64,000 nucleotides of DNA from Balanoglossus misakiensis. Lineage: Eukaryota > Animalia > Hemichordata. This document shows, in pieces, positions 23,901 through 36,987 of this stretch. The first letter of the stretch is position 1, and each line of letters opens with the position of its first letter. The stretch is from contig CM082586.2 in assembly GCA_040954595.2 (NCBI GenBank), positions 2,361,124 to 2,425,123 of the forward strand, given 5' to 3'. The notes beneath the pieces were generated by a model. That model was not told the DNA's origin, searched no databases, and saw only the letters and a program-made list of their open reading frames with translations. A program made the position numbers and the translations under genes.

Positions 23901-26900
23901 TCTTAAGTACCTATAATAATATTGAATTATGTGTTAATATAAAACTAATTTGATAGGGTTACAAGTCAACATAGATACTAAGGACTTCTGACGAGACGAT
24001 AAAGCAGGTGTGTGATGCCTTCAAGGTCAGGGCATCAAACTCGGGGTTAACTTTGCTTTGCTTTGCGCGGTAACGACAGTAGGAACGACCATGGCAAGAT
24101 TTGATGCCTGAAAGACAAATTCTCGACTTGTTGTTTGATCAATGAACTTGATCCAGCGTGAGCGGAAACGTTTATGGGAATACACACTACTGCAAGATTG
24201 TGCGAAATCTCACCTTCGTAGATTTTGGGTTTGACGTCTTCTCCATTCTGTCTGTCTTGGATGAACTGTGGTATCCGCGGAGGAACTTCGCGGGGGACGG
24301 TAACGGAGCGGATTGGCCCGGCAGGTTCTTGAAACTTGGCAATGCTCACGGGTTCTCTGTCTTCTTGTAGCCGGCTTGGTGCTACGCGTGATGGTAAAAA
24401 GAAGAACGGTATTCATTATCACAGTATTTTAACAAATATACCATGGGAATGATCTTTACAGTTTCAGGGCCGAAGCGTAGACTCACCTTCGTACACTACC
24501 AACGTTGGTGCTGGTGCATCTTTCCGACTCGGTGGAGTATTTGCAATGCCGAAATCTATTGGTCTGTCCTTCCGGTAAAACGAGAAACCACCGCCAACTC
24601 TGATCGGCTTTTCGTAGTGGAAGCTGTGAAACAGAGAAGGTTGAGATTGTGACTGTGTTAGCCAAAAATTACATAGATTTTATAATAGAGCCGCGCCAAT
24701 CCTATGACAGCTCCATCAGTGCTGTGATGTGTGTAGGTTTTGTCCATTCTTTTCCAAGCTTATCCTTCAATCGCACAGCAGAAAACGGACACAATTGTAC
24801 CTCATCCGGGGAGTTAACTTCACTCCAGAGCCTGTGATGGCCAATTGTCCGTTCATGTTGCAAAACTACTACACGGACGCCAGCGACATCACGATGGGAC
24901 AACTACTAGTATTACTTCGTGGACTTACAAACACCCAAATATACACGGTGGCTATTGGTCCAAATTCTTTGTCGCCAAGCGTGTCGTGTTCTGACACGTT
25001 TGGTTCAAGACTACACTAACACCATCCTTCTTAGAAGATAGCTCTACGTATTTGAAATATGCAATATGCAAAACTGAATGCCATGCTTTTAAACACTCGT
25101 TGCAAAGAAAATTCAAACTGGATACCAAGAATCTGTAGAGGACACTCTGTCGTTTGTATTTTGGAATTTACAGATGACTAATAAATCGATTTGCCATTTG
25201 CGGTTTTTCAACTCCGACCAGCTTTCGCTGAATAAACATTTATTTAGACTCCCGGTGACAGCTATTCTCGTTCCGCACATGTCAAGATCTCGACAGCAAA
25301 CAACAAGTTACTTACTGCGGTACGTGACTGAGAGCGCATGCGTAGCACAGTCCGGGAGGCAGGTGAACGTCGCCATCTTCGCTCATCCAGTTCCCCATCG
25401 CCGTCGTCGGCGGCGGGTGTTCGTGAGAAGGGTTCACGAACGCCCGACAGCCGTAGCAGAACTCCGGCACCTCGTGCTGCTTGTCGCGCACCTCGACAGT
25501 GGTGATGTACTTGGGGTGCATCACGGCTGTGTCGACGAACGGCAGGTAGACCTTCTGTTTCGGCAGCTTGTCAATCGTCTTGAGGTCGACCACTTGGTAC
25601 GGATAGATCGTCGGAAAAGTCTCCACAACATCCAAGAATCTAAAACAGGACAGAAAGGATGTGTAAAAAGAAAACGTAAACGCTAACTTATCGACGGGTA
25701 ACTCGAGGACAGAGGGTGGGAAAATGTCATTTATAGCACTACTTACGCGGAATCTTGAACAGGTGGTAAAAATGAATTACCCGCGCTGCGTGGTCCAACA
25801 TTTGATGGCTCCTGGTGGCGAAAACAAAGAAGGAGAAAGAAATGAAAATTGTGTCATGGACGATAACGCGGCTGGCTGTAGCCATCTTGAAAAACGCCCT
25901 CACATGGCTGAAAAAAGTCTCTATCTATTGGCCAAAACTGAGTTATTCATTTTCGACTGATATACTATGAGCGAACGAGGTCATTGTGTGTGCAATTTTA
26001 GAATAAATTGAAAGTGATTAGATTCATGGACGTGAGTGGTAACATGTAGGTAACACGTACATTTTACGGTCAACTCATGATGAGCACGAACACTGCAATT
26101 AGCTTGATTAGCGCATTGTGAATCGCCGTCCTTTTATAGGGACCAGATAAAACTTAGAGAAATCGATTGTTACCAGGCTGAGTATTAAAAAACGTGCGAG
26201 GAGAAAGGATATTGACCCCTTTGTGTTCGGATCGGAACGCAAGGGGCGCGACGTCTTTGATCGTCATAGTGACGCACATAGCCCACTGTGATAACCTCGT
26301 GTCTAAATACGGTTGGTGTTCCCTGTACTTACCATAGGACCGAAAGAATACCACGAATACGCGAATAAAACTGAGACAAATACATTAATATTATCGACCC
26401 AATACACTGACATGAGTCAACATTATTTACGGGTATGGGCATTCGGACAAAAGAGTATATTTACAAGACCATAGAAATACATTCGTAGACAGACTATTGC
26501 ATTCTAGTTATTTTGTTATTTTAAATTTAGCCCGTGGCCAAAAGAAGGGGAATGATAGCGTTATTGGCACATGAGTAAGTCGCCAAGAATCTGAATTGGA
26601 TACTGCCCTTTGACCCCAAAGATTACGTCTGCTGCCAGAAAAAAAGCCTACCGCCAGACAACTGCCTCGTGTTAAAACAAACACAACCTGGAAAGCAGAT
26701 TTGAGCAGAATAATTTGTAATTGCACACCGCACCAGCACCTACAACAGCTGGGCCGACGGTGTGAAAATACCGACACGGTTTACACAAGGGAGGGCGTTT
26801 TCGATGGGAAGAACGAAAGGTCAGCTTATCAGGACCTTGTGATGTTACCCGCAGGTAGACGAGGATCTTGACAACAATCTGTTATTGTCCGTAATCACCT

Positions 26901-29900
26901 TTACAGGGACGCGTTACACTGTTACCCTCACACACCCACTGATCATTTGAGATGTTATTTACGACGGAGCGAATGTTTATCACTGCAGCGGACGTGACGT
27001 ATGCTCTAAAGGGGGCAATTAAACGAATCGTGGCACATATCTCAAATTCTCATATTTTTGGTCAGCTTTTGTCTTTTCCCCTTGAAAGACAACAACATCA
27101 CCGGTCACCTGGTAGGTGTTTGCAAAGACGGCCCAAGATGGTAAGAGTCAAGGACACGAATGCCGTAGACACATAGTTTCTAAGAATGGAAATAATTTTC
27201 GGCAAACAAATACGTTAAAATCAATCGTAAAATCGTTTTAGTGATTTGAAAAATGACACGATATTTGTCGACATTATGTTTACGAAAATGTGTGAATGCC
27301 ATTGAGCTAAAAATACGCTGACCGGCCACTATCAGAAAGCAATTAGCCGCGTCAATTACCCTGATAATTAGTTGTTAATGAGTGGTAATTATGGCCAACT
27401 GGGTTAACGGCTGTGTTTACCATGTAATAAGCCTGGAATCTAAATTGAATATTATGAACACTCTCGCCGTGCGGCTGGCAGTTTCGTTAATATGGAAGGC
27501 AGGCATCTCCCGTTTTAAAAGCTAGTGTAATGCTTCGCAGTCACGTCAGTGTCTAGACTCTACTGCACGATGAAAAGAAACGAAATCCGGCCGATTGTCG
27601 TCACCGACGCTCTGAATTCCAGTCAGCTCTCGCGATCGCGATGCAATTTCAAGAATTGCTACTGTACAAATTGCACTTTCACGGTTATTTAAGCTTACGT
27701 GACTGCACCTTAAATGAGACATCGCGGTAAAACTAATATTTGTCTGGAATCACTATTATTCAAACGTGGTATACCGATGAATAACACACTGAGTCGACCC
27801 GCTGCTACAGACATATTCTAGTAATATGGTGATTCTGGTAAGATGGCGCAAATGCCATGGCCATTAGTTTGACGCCGTTGGTGAATTCTGTATTTACTTT
27901 TGATCCGTATACCATGGCGTGCACTGAATTATCTCTTCAGTATTTAGGATCTGTATTGTTCATTATACAGACTATGTTGAAAAATCACCACCCGAAGACA
28001 AGGCATATCAATACACCATAGAGTAGAACAAGAAACTGCAACTGCCACAGCCTAATACCGGCTATTGAAACTACCCATCAAAACTGACGAGATCGCGTTG
28101 GCCAAGAGACACCATCAAAAGAACACTGAATTGGCCTCAAGGCCAAACTAACAACACGCCTCGTTCACCTGTAGTAAACCACTAATTGAGCATTATAGTA
28201 GAGCTAACAAGCGGAAGATCAATACAGTGACAATCTTGACAGAATCTAAAAATGGCTCTGGCAGTGAAAGGTATATTGTGGTATCGTCTTCACGGTGAGG
28301 TGACGAGAAAGACAGAAATCTGCTGAGGCGGGGACGATGTTTGAGCCCGAAGCGTTGCGGGAAAATGGCAAGAAAGTGAGCTGTGCATCTTGGGGACAGA
28401 TTTAAACCACGGGTTGACCTCTGCCCGTGTCTTGTGTTTGCTTTACACGCACTGTGTTCCAATCTTACGTACATGTGTAGTAATTGTGTTTGGTTACCAA
28501 GGGGCGCTGCAGTGCGTCGGAGACTGGGCACTAAAAGCAACGGCGTGGTTTTTGTAGTGGGTCCGCTGACCCGTGAACTCCGAGGTTAACCGTTGTGTGC
28601 CGTGAAGGGGGTCGATGGACAGCCCCTTGCAGTCGAAAAAATCGAAATTGCGTTAGACAATAGAATGAAATTGCTTCTGGTGTGTTTTGGCCGTAGCTGT
28701 CATTTAGCGTGCGCACAGGACCATATTTAAACACAGCGTTTTCATCATAGCGCTTACACGCGTCGCTTGGCGCTCAACGAGGCAACCTTTACGCCTGTCA
28801 TCGTCGCAACCCCGCCCGTTGAAGTGTTATCACCAGAAATAACACGTCCTGGCGTGGTTGCCAAGCAGGGTGGCCCGACACAGCGTCCCTGGCAACCCCG
28901 CGCCCTTTGTTCTTTGTTGCTCAAGATCATGTTGTGTATAGGTAGAGACCTTTGTGGTGACTTCAATCGCCACTTCACAGCGGGTCTCTACATTTTACGG
29001 CTGCTTTACAGGCAAAGAAAGCCTTTCTACCGTTGACGACCCCCAATCAGGCAAGAGACGTACTGAAAGAACCACTGCCCTAAATTCTCGGTCATAAATT
29101 GGATCGATGTAGTTACTATTCTCTATATAACTGTAGTTACTGTCCCTATACCGTACCGCCTATTGTACACTAAGCAAATTAACAACGTCACTTCACGCGG
29201 GGACTTTTTTGAAGCGGATAATAGCACTGGATCGATGGCTGGACCAACCCACTCGGTTCATTTAATCAAGGATTCTCTTTCGCGTCGACGTGTTTGACAA
29301 CCCCCAGGAAGGCCCACGCCGTTAATTTTTTAACGCGATACCTTGGTCAGAGACGCTCTTTCGGATACATTTTACAACAAATTAAGATTTTATTGCAAGG
29401 TGAATGTTTGAAAGTGTTTCAAACCCTGATGACGGTAGCACCTTTGCTGGTCACAGAAATGCTTGGCGAGATGTCTTTGAGTAGCTTGATCGGTGGACTT
29501 CGTTCAAAGAAAGCAAATAGTACATTGACTGTGTGTGAATGATTGAAATTGGTCAAAGTTGACGTCCTGTGACGAGAGAGCCAGTGACCATAGGCATTGT
29601 GAGCCCCGTTCGCTAACAATATTAAAAATGTCCGTCTTCACTCCCTACAGTCGGTCATCTTTGAATTAAAAATAGAATTTGTATAGGCGTATTGAAGTGT
29701 CCAAAGCCAGCGGATCAACTATTGAAGTTGTTTTCTTTTCACTGAGGATAACGGGCGTCGGTCCCACGGCGCTGCGTGTCTGCTCGGCTACTTCGGCGAA
29801 CCTTGGGTGAACATATAACGGCCAATATCACACCTGTTGACGCATGTGTTTCGGTTTTCATTGTGTTAACTTTGTTCTGACAGAACCCATTGGCAGATTC

Positions 29901-32900
29901 TGTTCATTGTTTCACTGATAGGTTTCATTTAGAGAGTGTTAGTTCAGATGGAAATCTGTCACCGGTGATAATTGTTCAGCCGGACCAGACACAATACAAG
30001 GCTGAGTAGACCTACCCCCTTTTCACTCAGCACTTCAAAGTTAGTTCTCTGTTCAACTCTCTGACTCAAAAACAAACATCTCCCCCCAGAGACGGGCCTC
30101 TTTTGCAAAAACCACCAACCAGTAAACCGATCATGCAAATTTCAAGGGAAAATCAATGGATGACTTACTTTCCTGATTACAGACGCTTTGTCCATTGCGC
30201 TGCTCGCCGTCGGATTTCAAACAGTTATATGCAAGAGAAGCCGATTAGCAAAATCTTTTTCATGCAGCTTGGAAATAAGATTTATTTGAATTTTTTCGTG
30301 AGGCTGCAACTGTTTTAATTAAACGCGCAAAATTCATTCGTTTCGGCTTACCTAGCAAATCAGGGGAATTTTATCGCTGAATAATATGTCTTAGACCACG
30401 AGATTTAGCTCGCATTCCGCTGTTGGGGTGGTATGCGCCGAATAAAACAAACTTTTTATTGTGAGGGGATTTCGAAAAGGGGCGATTAGTAGAACACCAG
30501 CATAAGCCTTTCATAATGGAAATAGCTCTCTCTGGTCAAGTTCTCTTTGCCTCTCTGTCCACCGACTCGAACCTTGGACCCGCGGTGGACGTCGTTAGCT
30601 GGTCGACCGAAATCCGAGTAACGGCAGGAGTATCTGATAAAGATCTGCGACAACAATAACAATGTGTCATTAACTGCTGTGCGCTTGACAGGCGTGTGAG
30701 TTGAAATTGATTACTTGGAAACACGGACGCGAAAAATCAGTCGGCCAATCAGCGTAAACTTCTATTGAAATTTATGTGATTATTTTTGTAATGATTGATC
30801 CGTGTTTGTGAAAATGGGAGACTGGAACATATTCATATTACATCGATCGAGTCAGTCTATGTTTTCGAACTACATCATTCACTCATTTTTGCAAATCCCG
30901 TTTCTAAGAAAGAATTCACAGAAAATTGATAAACTAATTGGCGGAATGAAAATCAACATGGGTTGCCGTGGTTACCGATGGAATTATCTCGTCGCGCGCA
31001 TTAATCGAAACCCGGTGGCGCGTTTAAAAAACGAGATAAAAGAATCTCCTGGACTTTAACGCAAAAAGCGGACGCTTTTAGGTGGCAGTCTGGGCTGGGG
31101 ATAATTGAAACTAATCACGTCGAAATTGTTCGGTAATTTTCACGGATTATCGATTTCCCATGGATCTGGAAAATTGAAATTGCCCTCGGAAGAAAAGGAC
31201 AAGTTGTGTATTGCACACGCAAACACGAGCACGTCAGATTCCATTGATAGACCTTCGTGAAAAATGAGCCATCTGTCCTGTCTTGTCAAGTCATGTATAT
31301 GATAAATACTATTCTGAGAATGCCTGACGTAAGTTGCTGATCACGTGACTGATGCTTCGACAGTACATTCATATCTACTGCCTCGCGAAGTCACGAAATG
31401 ATGAAAATCTGTTATACAGTTGCCAAGGCAACGAAAACTGCGGGTCGTAGACGCCATAGCTGGTACTAATTCGTTAACCGGGAGATTATATTTTCAATTC
31501 ATTTCATTTCATAAAATCGTTCAATGTTCAGATAAAGAAGAAAAAAATGTAAATTCAACAATATTTCAAAGGGACGCGTTGATGAGACACACGCAGACGC
31601 CCACAGATAACGGTGTTTCCGATGCTTGATAGATGACCGCACGCCGACTGTTTATGCGCTCACCGCACGCAGGATCGTTTGTGTAGCCATGGCAACGCGC
31701 GCGTTTTCGTGATGGATGGATGGATGGTGAAGATCTCTCTCGGTGTTTGTGATCGTGTAGCATCTCTGTGACAGAAAAATACGACGCCATCTTGTTTTTT
31801 TATCTGTGGTCGGGGTTAATCACGAGTTTGATCAATATTGATTGATATGCTAGGAATTTCTAATACCCTATTATTTGTTTGTTAAATTAAACTGGTGGAC
31901 AGGATTCTTGTGTCTTATAGGTGACATTATTTATCACACCGGCTGGCGTAAATTATTCAACTTTCAAGGTCGAACTGTCATGGCGACAATGTATATTGCT
32001 TCTACTGTAATCATTTAAAGTGATTGATAATCCTAATGTTGACGGAAGAGTAATTACATTGTCAACAGCACTATTAAGGTTTTTTCTTGTTTTGTTCTGC
32101 TCATTGATCAAAGTAAATTTCAATCCAGTTATCATATTCGCCTTTCGCATCACTAATACGCAGCAAAAACCATAACAGACCTCAAACTGCCAACTTTAGG
32201 CTGTCTTATATAAATAGCAACTTGTGCCATGCCGTCTTCTGCATGTAAATTCAGAACAACCTCGGCTGTAAGAAGATTATCTACAAAGCAAAGACCACCA
32301 GCTCATTTGAAATGCCAGTCAGGCCTTTTGAAACCGAACGGGCAAAAGCAAACGGGTGTGTTTGTCTAAATGGGGAGACGGTTCAGTCTTTACAAAGAAT
32401 TGCTGGTCGATTGTAATCCGGACGGACAAACATGGGTTCAGCATCGTGGTCAAACAATGACGGGTAAATATGGAATAGCGGATTGGGGTTTGGGCGGTGC
32501 ATCTAATAAAACCACGGACTGACACCGTGACGACATTTAGGACAATGAAATTCGGCCAACACTGGTCGAGTCACAGCGGGTATCGGCTGTACAATGCGAC
32601 CTGGTCCTTGACTGTGACATCACTCTGAATGGACCTTTTGGTTCAAAGTAATCTACGTGATCTAGGCCTACAGATACATTGAGATCATTCTGTAACTATA
32701 GGCCTAAATGTTTCCTGCATTTTCCCAAGCTTTGCTTAAATTGAAAAGGGGGCTTCTTTTATTCTCGCGACAAAACTAGAAATCCCGCGGGAATGTTTCT
32801 CGACTCTTTATTTTTCGTCGTATCCTTGGGAGAGCGATTCTGCTTTGTGTGTTTAAGCAAAGCGCATAGGAACGCCAAATGGGTGTCAGAACGCCGACCT

Positions 32901-35154
32901 TTGCCCTTGTAACTGTCTAATAACATCGTCGAGTTGACGACCCGTTATCAACTAGAGACTGTGTACATGCAGCGTCGGAAAAACACAACAAAGGTATGGC
33001 GACAACATGGAGGAATGCAAGGCGGTAAATCGAGCGAACGCCGACAGAAATCGTTGAAAGAGAGCACGGTAGGCCCTGTCGACGCCATTTAAAATTCAAG
33101 AGCCCTCATCGATCGTCAGGGGCAACCCCACTCTGCCTGCTCACCTACCGTCGTCATGGCAGCGACACCCTAGTGTTCAAAATCAGACTTCGACACGAAC
33201 GAACATACATCAAGATTATTATATCTCTTTCGATATTTCACAACAGAGGGGATCCCATGTCATTGAATTAACTCAGGCCATAAAATATTACTGCAAAGCA
33301 TAAAATATACATATAAAGGTGAAAATGTTTCATCAGTCTACGCGGGAAAGAAGTCAGTGGAAATTGTAGTCTGCTAAATATATCCCTCAAATTACATTTG
33401 CGTTCCGTCCACGAATTAGCTCTTCATTTTGCTACGTAATCTACAAGACTCTATTACGGAAACTTGCGCACCCTATTCACGAACAAGCCCTTTTCATGCT
33501 CTGTGTACATATTACTGTTATATAGTTGAAATGAAGTAGCCGGATATCCCGGGCTAACTCGCAAAGCAAACGAGAGCCATATTGCGAGACAGTTAAATTG
33601 TTATGAGCGCTGGGGAAAGCCGAACATCGTGAACATTGCGCTGAAGGGGTAGACATCGCCATGGCTATACAAACAGCTATGCAAGGGAATGTCGTCTGCA
33701 TTCTGAATTTCTAACCTTGGGGTTGTCATGTGCCTACACCCCCCTGCACAAGGCAACTCCAAATCGATTTGCCCTTTCATAAAACGCCAAGTGATTATTC
33801 GCGTTTCTGCAAACAAATCGATCGAGCTGTGTCATTTCCTTCCTCGAGACAATGCGATATATATATGTATTATAGTATCACGCATCAACCGCACACGACT
33901 GGTACCGTCGACAGACCGTATTGTGCTGCGTTTTATAGCCCAGACTATACAACTGACGTATAACTATGAAATAAAGCCGTAATTTCTTTCCAGTAAGAAC
34001 CTCCAGTCACGCAACTCGATAATATGGTGCCCACTTGTATCATGTATAATCCAGCCGCCGTTAATTAACATGACAGCGTTACTACAGCACTTCTCCAATG
34101 CAATGCATTCTTAATATTCAGTTCCTTTAAATATTAAAGTTGTAAACATCTTGCTCGATTTGAATAGATGTTGCCAGGGGTTACTTTGCCCACATGGCTT
34201 TGAAAGTCACCGGGGCCAATTACTCATGTAATGAAGGTGATCAAATTAATTTCGCGGGTCTCCAGGTGGTGTCTTGGCGTAGAACAGTCTAAACGCGACA
34301 AACACGGCCAGTATACTCGGCCAATTTTGCAGACTGCACCAGAGTGCCCCGGATCTGACTTGAGTTTCATACCCGTGTGTCAAATATCGAAATGGTTAGC
34401 GAGGTCACAGTTCCTCACCGAGTCATTGCGGCTGGATGCATGTAGGCTGACATTAAAATGTGCGAGGGAAATACTGACAGAATCAGGCCAAGACATCGCA
34501 TAGGGGAAGACACGAGTGCAAATTGATCCCTATGTTTTGGTTTTTGTCTTTACGAGGTACATCATTCACCACGATTCATCATGTTCATTGACGCTGAATT
34601 TTTGAAATCCAATAGATATGGGGTTAAGCCTAGATCTTGTGGGTATTAAGGGTTCGTGACCATGGCAACGATCTAGTTTCTGTCATACTTAAAACTACTT
34701 CTGTACTTACTGATAGTGTGGTTGCTATACGCGGCTCTGTGCCTTGCCGACTCCATTTGGGTCTCCCTGCAGTAAATGGTGGACGATACAGCGGTGGACA
34801 TGCCCTCGTGTAGTCCGGTCTGGCCGGCAAGGGAGCGCCGGGGAGTCTCCATTCCTCGGCCGTGTAAGGCGGCTCCCCGCGTAGCATCCTTTCCCGTGCC
34901 CGCTTGATAGCTCGCTGATAGTTCGTGTCCAAGTTGTCATTCTTGAAAAGTTGCTCCTTGTTGTAGCCGTCTTGAAGGCTCACTATCGTCGGGAATCTAT
35001 GCAGGGGATCGTCTCCGTTGTCAATGCCTTGTTCCGCGACCGGCCTCGCGTTTTCCTCGGCGACGGTCACGATAGCCGCCGCGCTCGCTGCCGCTGCCGC
35101 CGCTTGGCTCTCGTTGTCGTACGGCACCGGCGCGTTGATGAGAGGAAGCGCCAT
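11934..35154 (-). CDS. Large uncharacterised Pro/Glu/Lys-rich protein with coiled coils and a C-terminal degenerate EF-hand (calmodulin-like) domain; up to 30 exons, 1701 aa
   Basis: Phase-consistent GT-AG exons (5'->3'): 35154-34711, 25811-25747, 25639-25316, 24623-24487, 24381-24214, 22900-22811, 22683-22591, 22325-22284, 21748-21355, 21196-21132, 20822-20712, 20398-20162, 19873-19550, 19135-18953, 18526-18176, 17381-17304, 17166-17051, 16550-16312, 15659-15543, 15031-14641, 14484-14388, 14247-14107, 13919-13750, 13602-13506, 13399-13272, 13070-12978, 12840-12755, 12656-12587, 12417-12295, 12065-11934; total 5106 nt. C-terminus ...IVDKFNREGKNYVDFLDYLTYVPLFIEIH is EF-hand-like. The 3' exons are secure; the cassette exons and the link to the first exon are less so. 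Confidence 0.8.
19892..20094 (-). promoter_or_regulatory. Intronic cluster of RBFOX-type (U)GCAUG splicing elements
   Basis: Plus-strand CATGCA (UGCAUG in the pre-mRNA) at 19928, 19996, 20082, 20089 and CATGC at 19892, 19959, between two symmetric cassette exons. Confidence 0.6.
31419..31432. promoter_or_regulatory. RFX X-box
   Basis: GTTGCCAAGGCAAC; related sites GTTGCCGTGGTTAC (30962) and GTAGCCATGGCAAC (31683) nearby. Confidence 0.5.
34656..34669. promoter_or_regulatory. RFX X-box just inside intron 1 of the large gene
   Basis: GTGACCATGGCAAC, ~40 bp from the exon-1 donor at 34710. Confidence 0.45.
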
Positions 35155-36647
35155 GTTTGTGTATCGTCAGGAAGATACACAGCGCGAATCTCCGACAAAA
35201 TTTCTCCCGTTAAACTTCTGTCATTTCCACGTCTCACGCATAGGGCGACTCCATGATATCAACTGAACATCCCTTTTACAGTGGTCGTTCAGAAACACAA
35301 GGCCGCGCTGCAAATAGATCCTACGAAGGAACGCACAGTACAGAAGTCGAGAAACAAATCTTCCAGGCCACGCAGACGGATAGAAGGCTTACAGTTGTCG
35401 TCTGACACCTCTCTCAGAAATAACCCATGAAGGAAAAAGAAATTTCACGGCGAGGAATAATTGAACACGGTGCGGATGTCACACCAGGTTGAAATCATTC
35501 ATAATCAGAAAAAGGAGGGGTAGTGTTTATCATAGGAACGTACCATTACTTGACGTGGTAGGCGGCGTGTTCGGCGGGAGGGACCACGATGCACAATCAC
35601 GCGTTTCTGACACGTTCGTCGCGAAATCACTTTTCAGGCAGGAAATTATAATCACAACAGTCAACACAAGGTTCTCGGTAATGAGTTCTGACAATCCGTG
35701 GTGTCTGCCCCACTCGAAAATGTGCGCTGAATTTCGGATGGGGTTGGCCCACCTCCATGTTTGCCCAGCGTCGCTAATTCGCACCACACCTGAATTCGCA
35801 CAATAAACTTTTGTTTGTCTTTCCACGCAAGATGTGTTTGCCGTCGCCTTAGCGGGCAACACACTTTAATGATATCAACCCGCTTATGTTCAAATTTGTT
35901 GATCGCCGTTACGTTTGCATATCTGCCTAAAGCATACATATCCCCGCTCGCGTAGGAGCAAGCTTACAGTTCGCTATAAGAATGAGGTTTAATAATTAAT
36001 TATTCCCAGGCCAATTATCAAGCGGGTAAAAAGACAACGTGATTATCGCACATCTTTTGTTTTTAACCTTTGAACACTATCGACTAATTTGCCCACTGTG
36101 TCTTAATGATGTCATGGCTACGTCATTCGGGATACACGCTTGCGTCATCACAATTGTCAGACTGACCGGAAAAGATATATATGGAAAAGATATATATGTA
36201 TAAGCTATTGTTTCCAAAGTTCACGTTCTTAGGCAAGCTATTTCAAGGTTTCGCCACCATATATAGAGATCTGTCATGTCAAGGCTTCGGCCATCACCAG
36301 AGTTAGTCACTAACATAGGAGTGAGCCCCCGCCCAGTTTAGGTGACTGTAACTTTACTGTATCTGGCTTACCACTATTGTAAAATCCAAGAGCGGGCGAT
36401 CAAAACTTAGGTGGGTGAAATTAAATCGGAAAAGTAACACAGAGGGCGGGCGTTATTCCACAAACAGACGATCTACACACAAGTACTCACAGTCAATCCC
36501 ACGATGACGTACTCTCGCACACACAGCAGCATCACAGAACAAATAACTGGCGGACAGCATCTTCTTCTTTACTACAAATAACAACATGATACAAACATCA
36601 TCAAAACGTCAAAAGAAAAGACGAGAGAAGAGTTGCTTACGAAATGC

Positions 36648-36734
36648 TTTATTTTCACACTTACACAAGGTATCACATTTCATGGACATTCCCCTTTATA
36701 ATCACAATTCTTATCCAAAATCTCTTGCTTTATT
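36648..36734 (-). terminator. Two candidate polyadenylation signals for NDUFAF8
   Basis: AATAAA on the minus strand at 36648-36653 and 36729-36734, 250-340 nt past the stop. Confidence 0.55.
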
Positions 36735-36987
36735 GGCCGAGCTCTAATCACACTTCAATCTCCTTCACGTGATAAATAGAATTCATTTGAAATAGATCGT
36801 TTCCACATCAAGTCTACATAAAACACCTAATCTACTTTCAATATGAGATTCTTCAGAACACACAAGATGTTGACCAATTCTTGTCATTTCTTTCCCACAA
36901 TTTTCTTACTTTGGTTCCATTTCTTCACCTCCATTTCCCACCAAGACAGGGTACAGCACGGCCTCACGTGACCCAGACCTAACAAAG

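Noticed and set aside
29730-30650. Possible extra terminal exons in intron 1 of the large gene (~29790 and ~30645)
   Set aside because: Only an acceptor-like site and a short open frame; no recognisable protein or poly(A) support.
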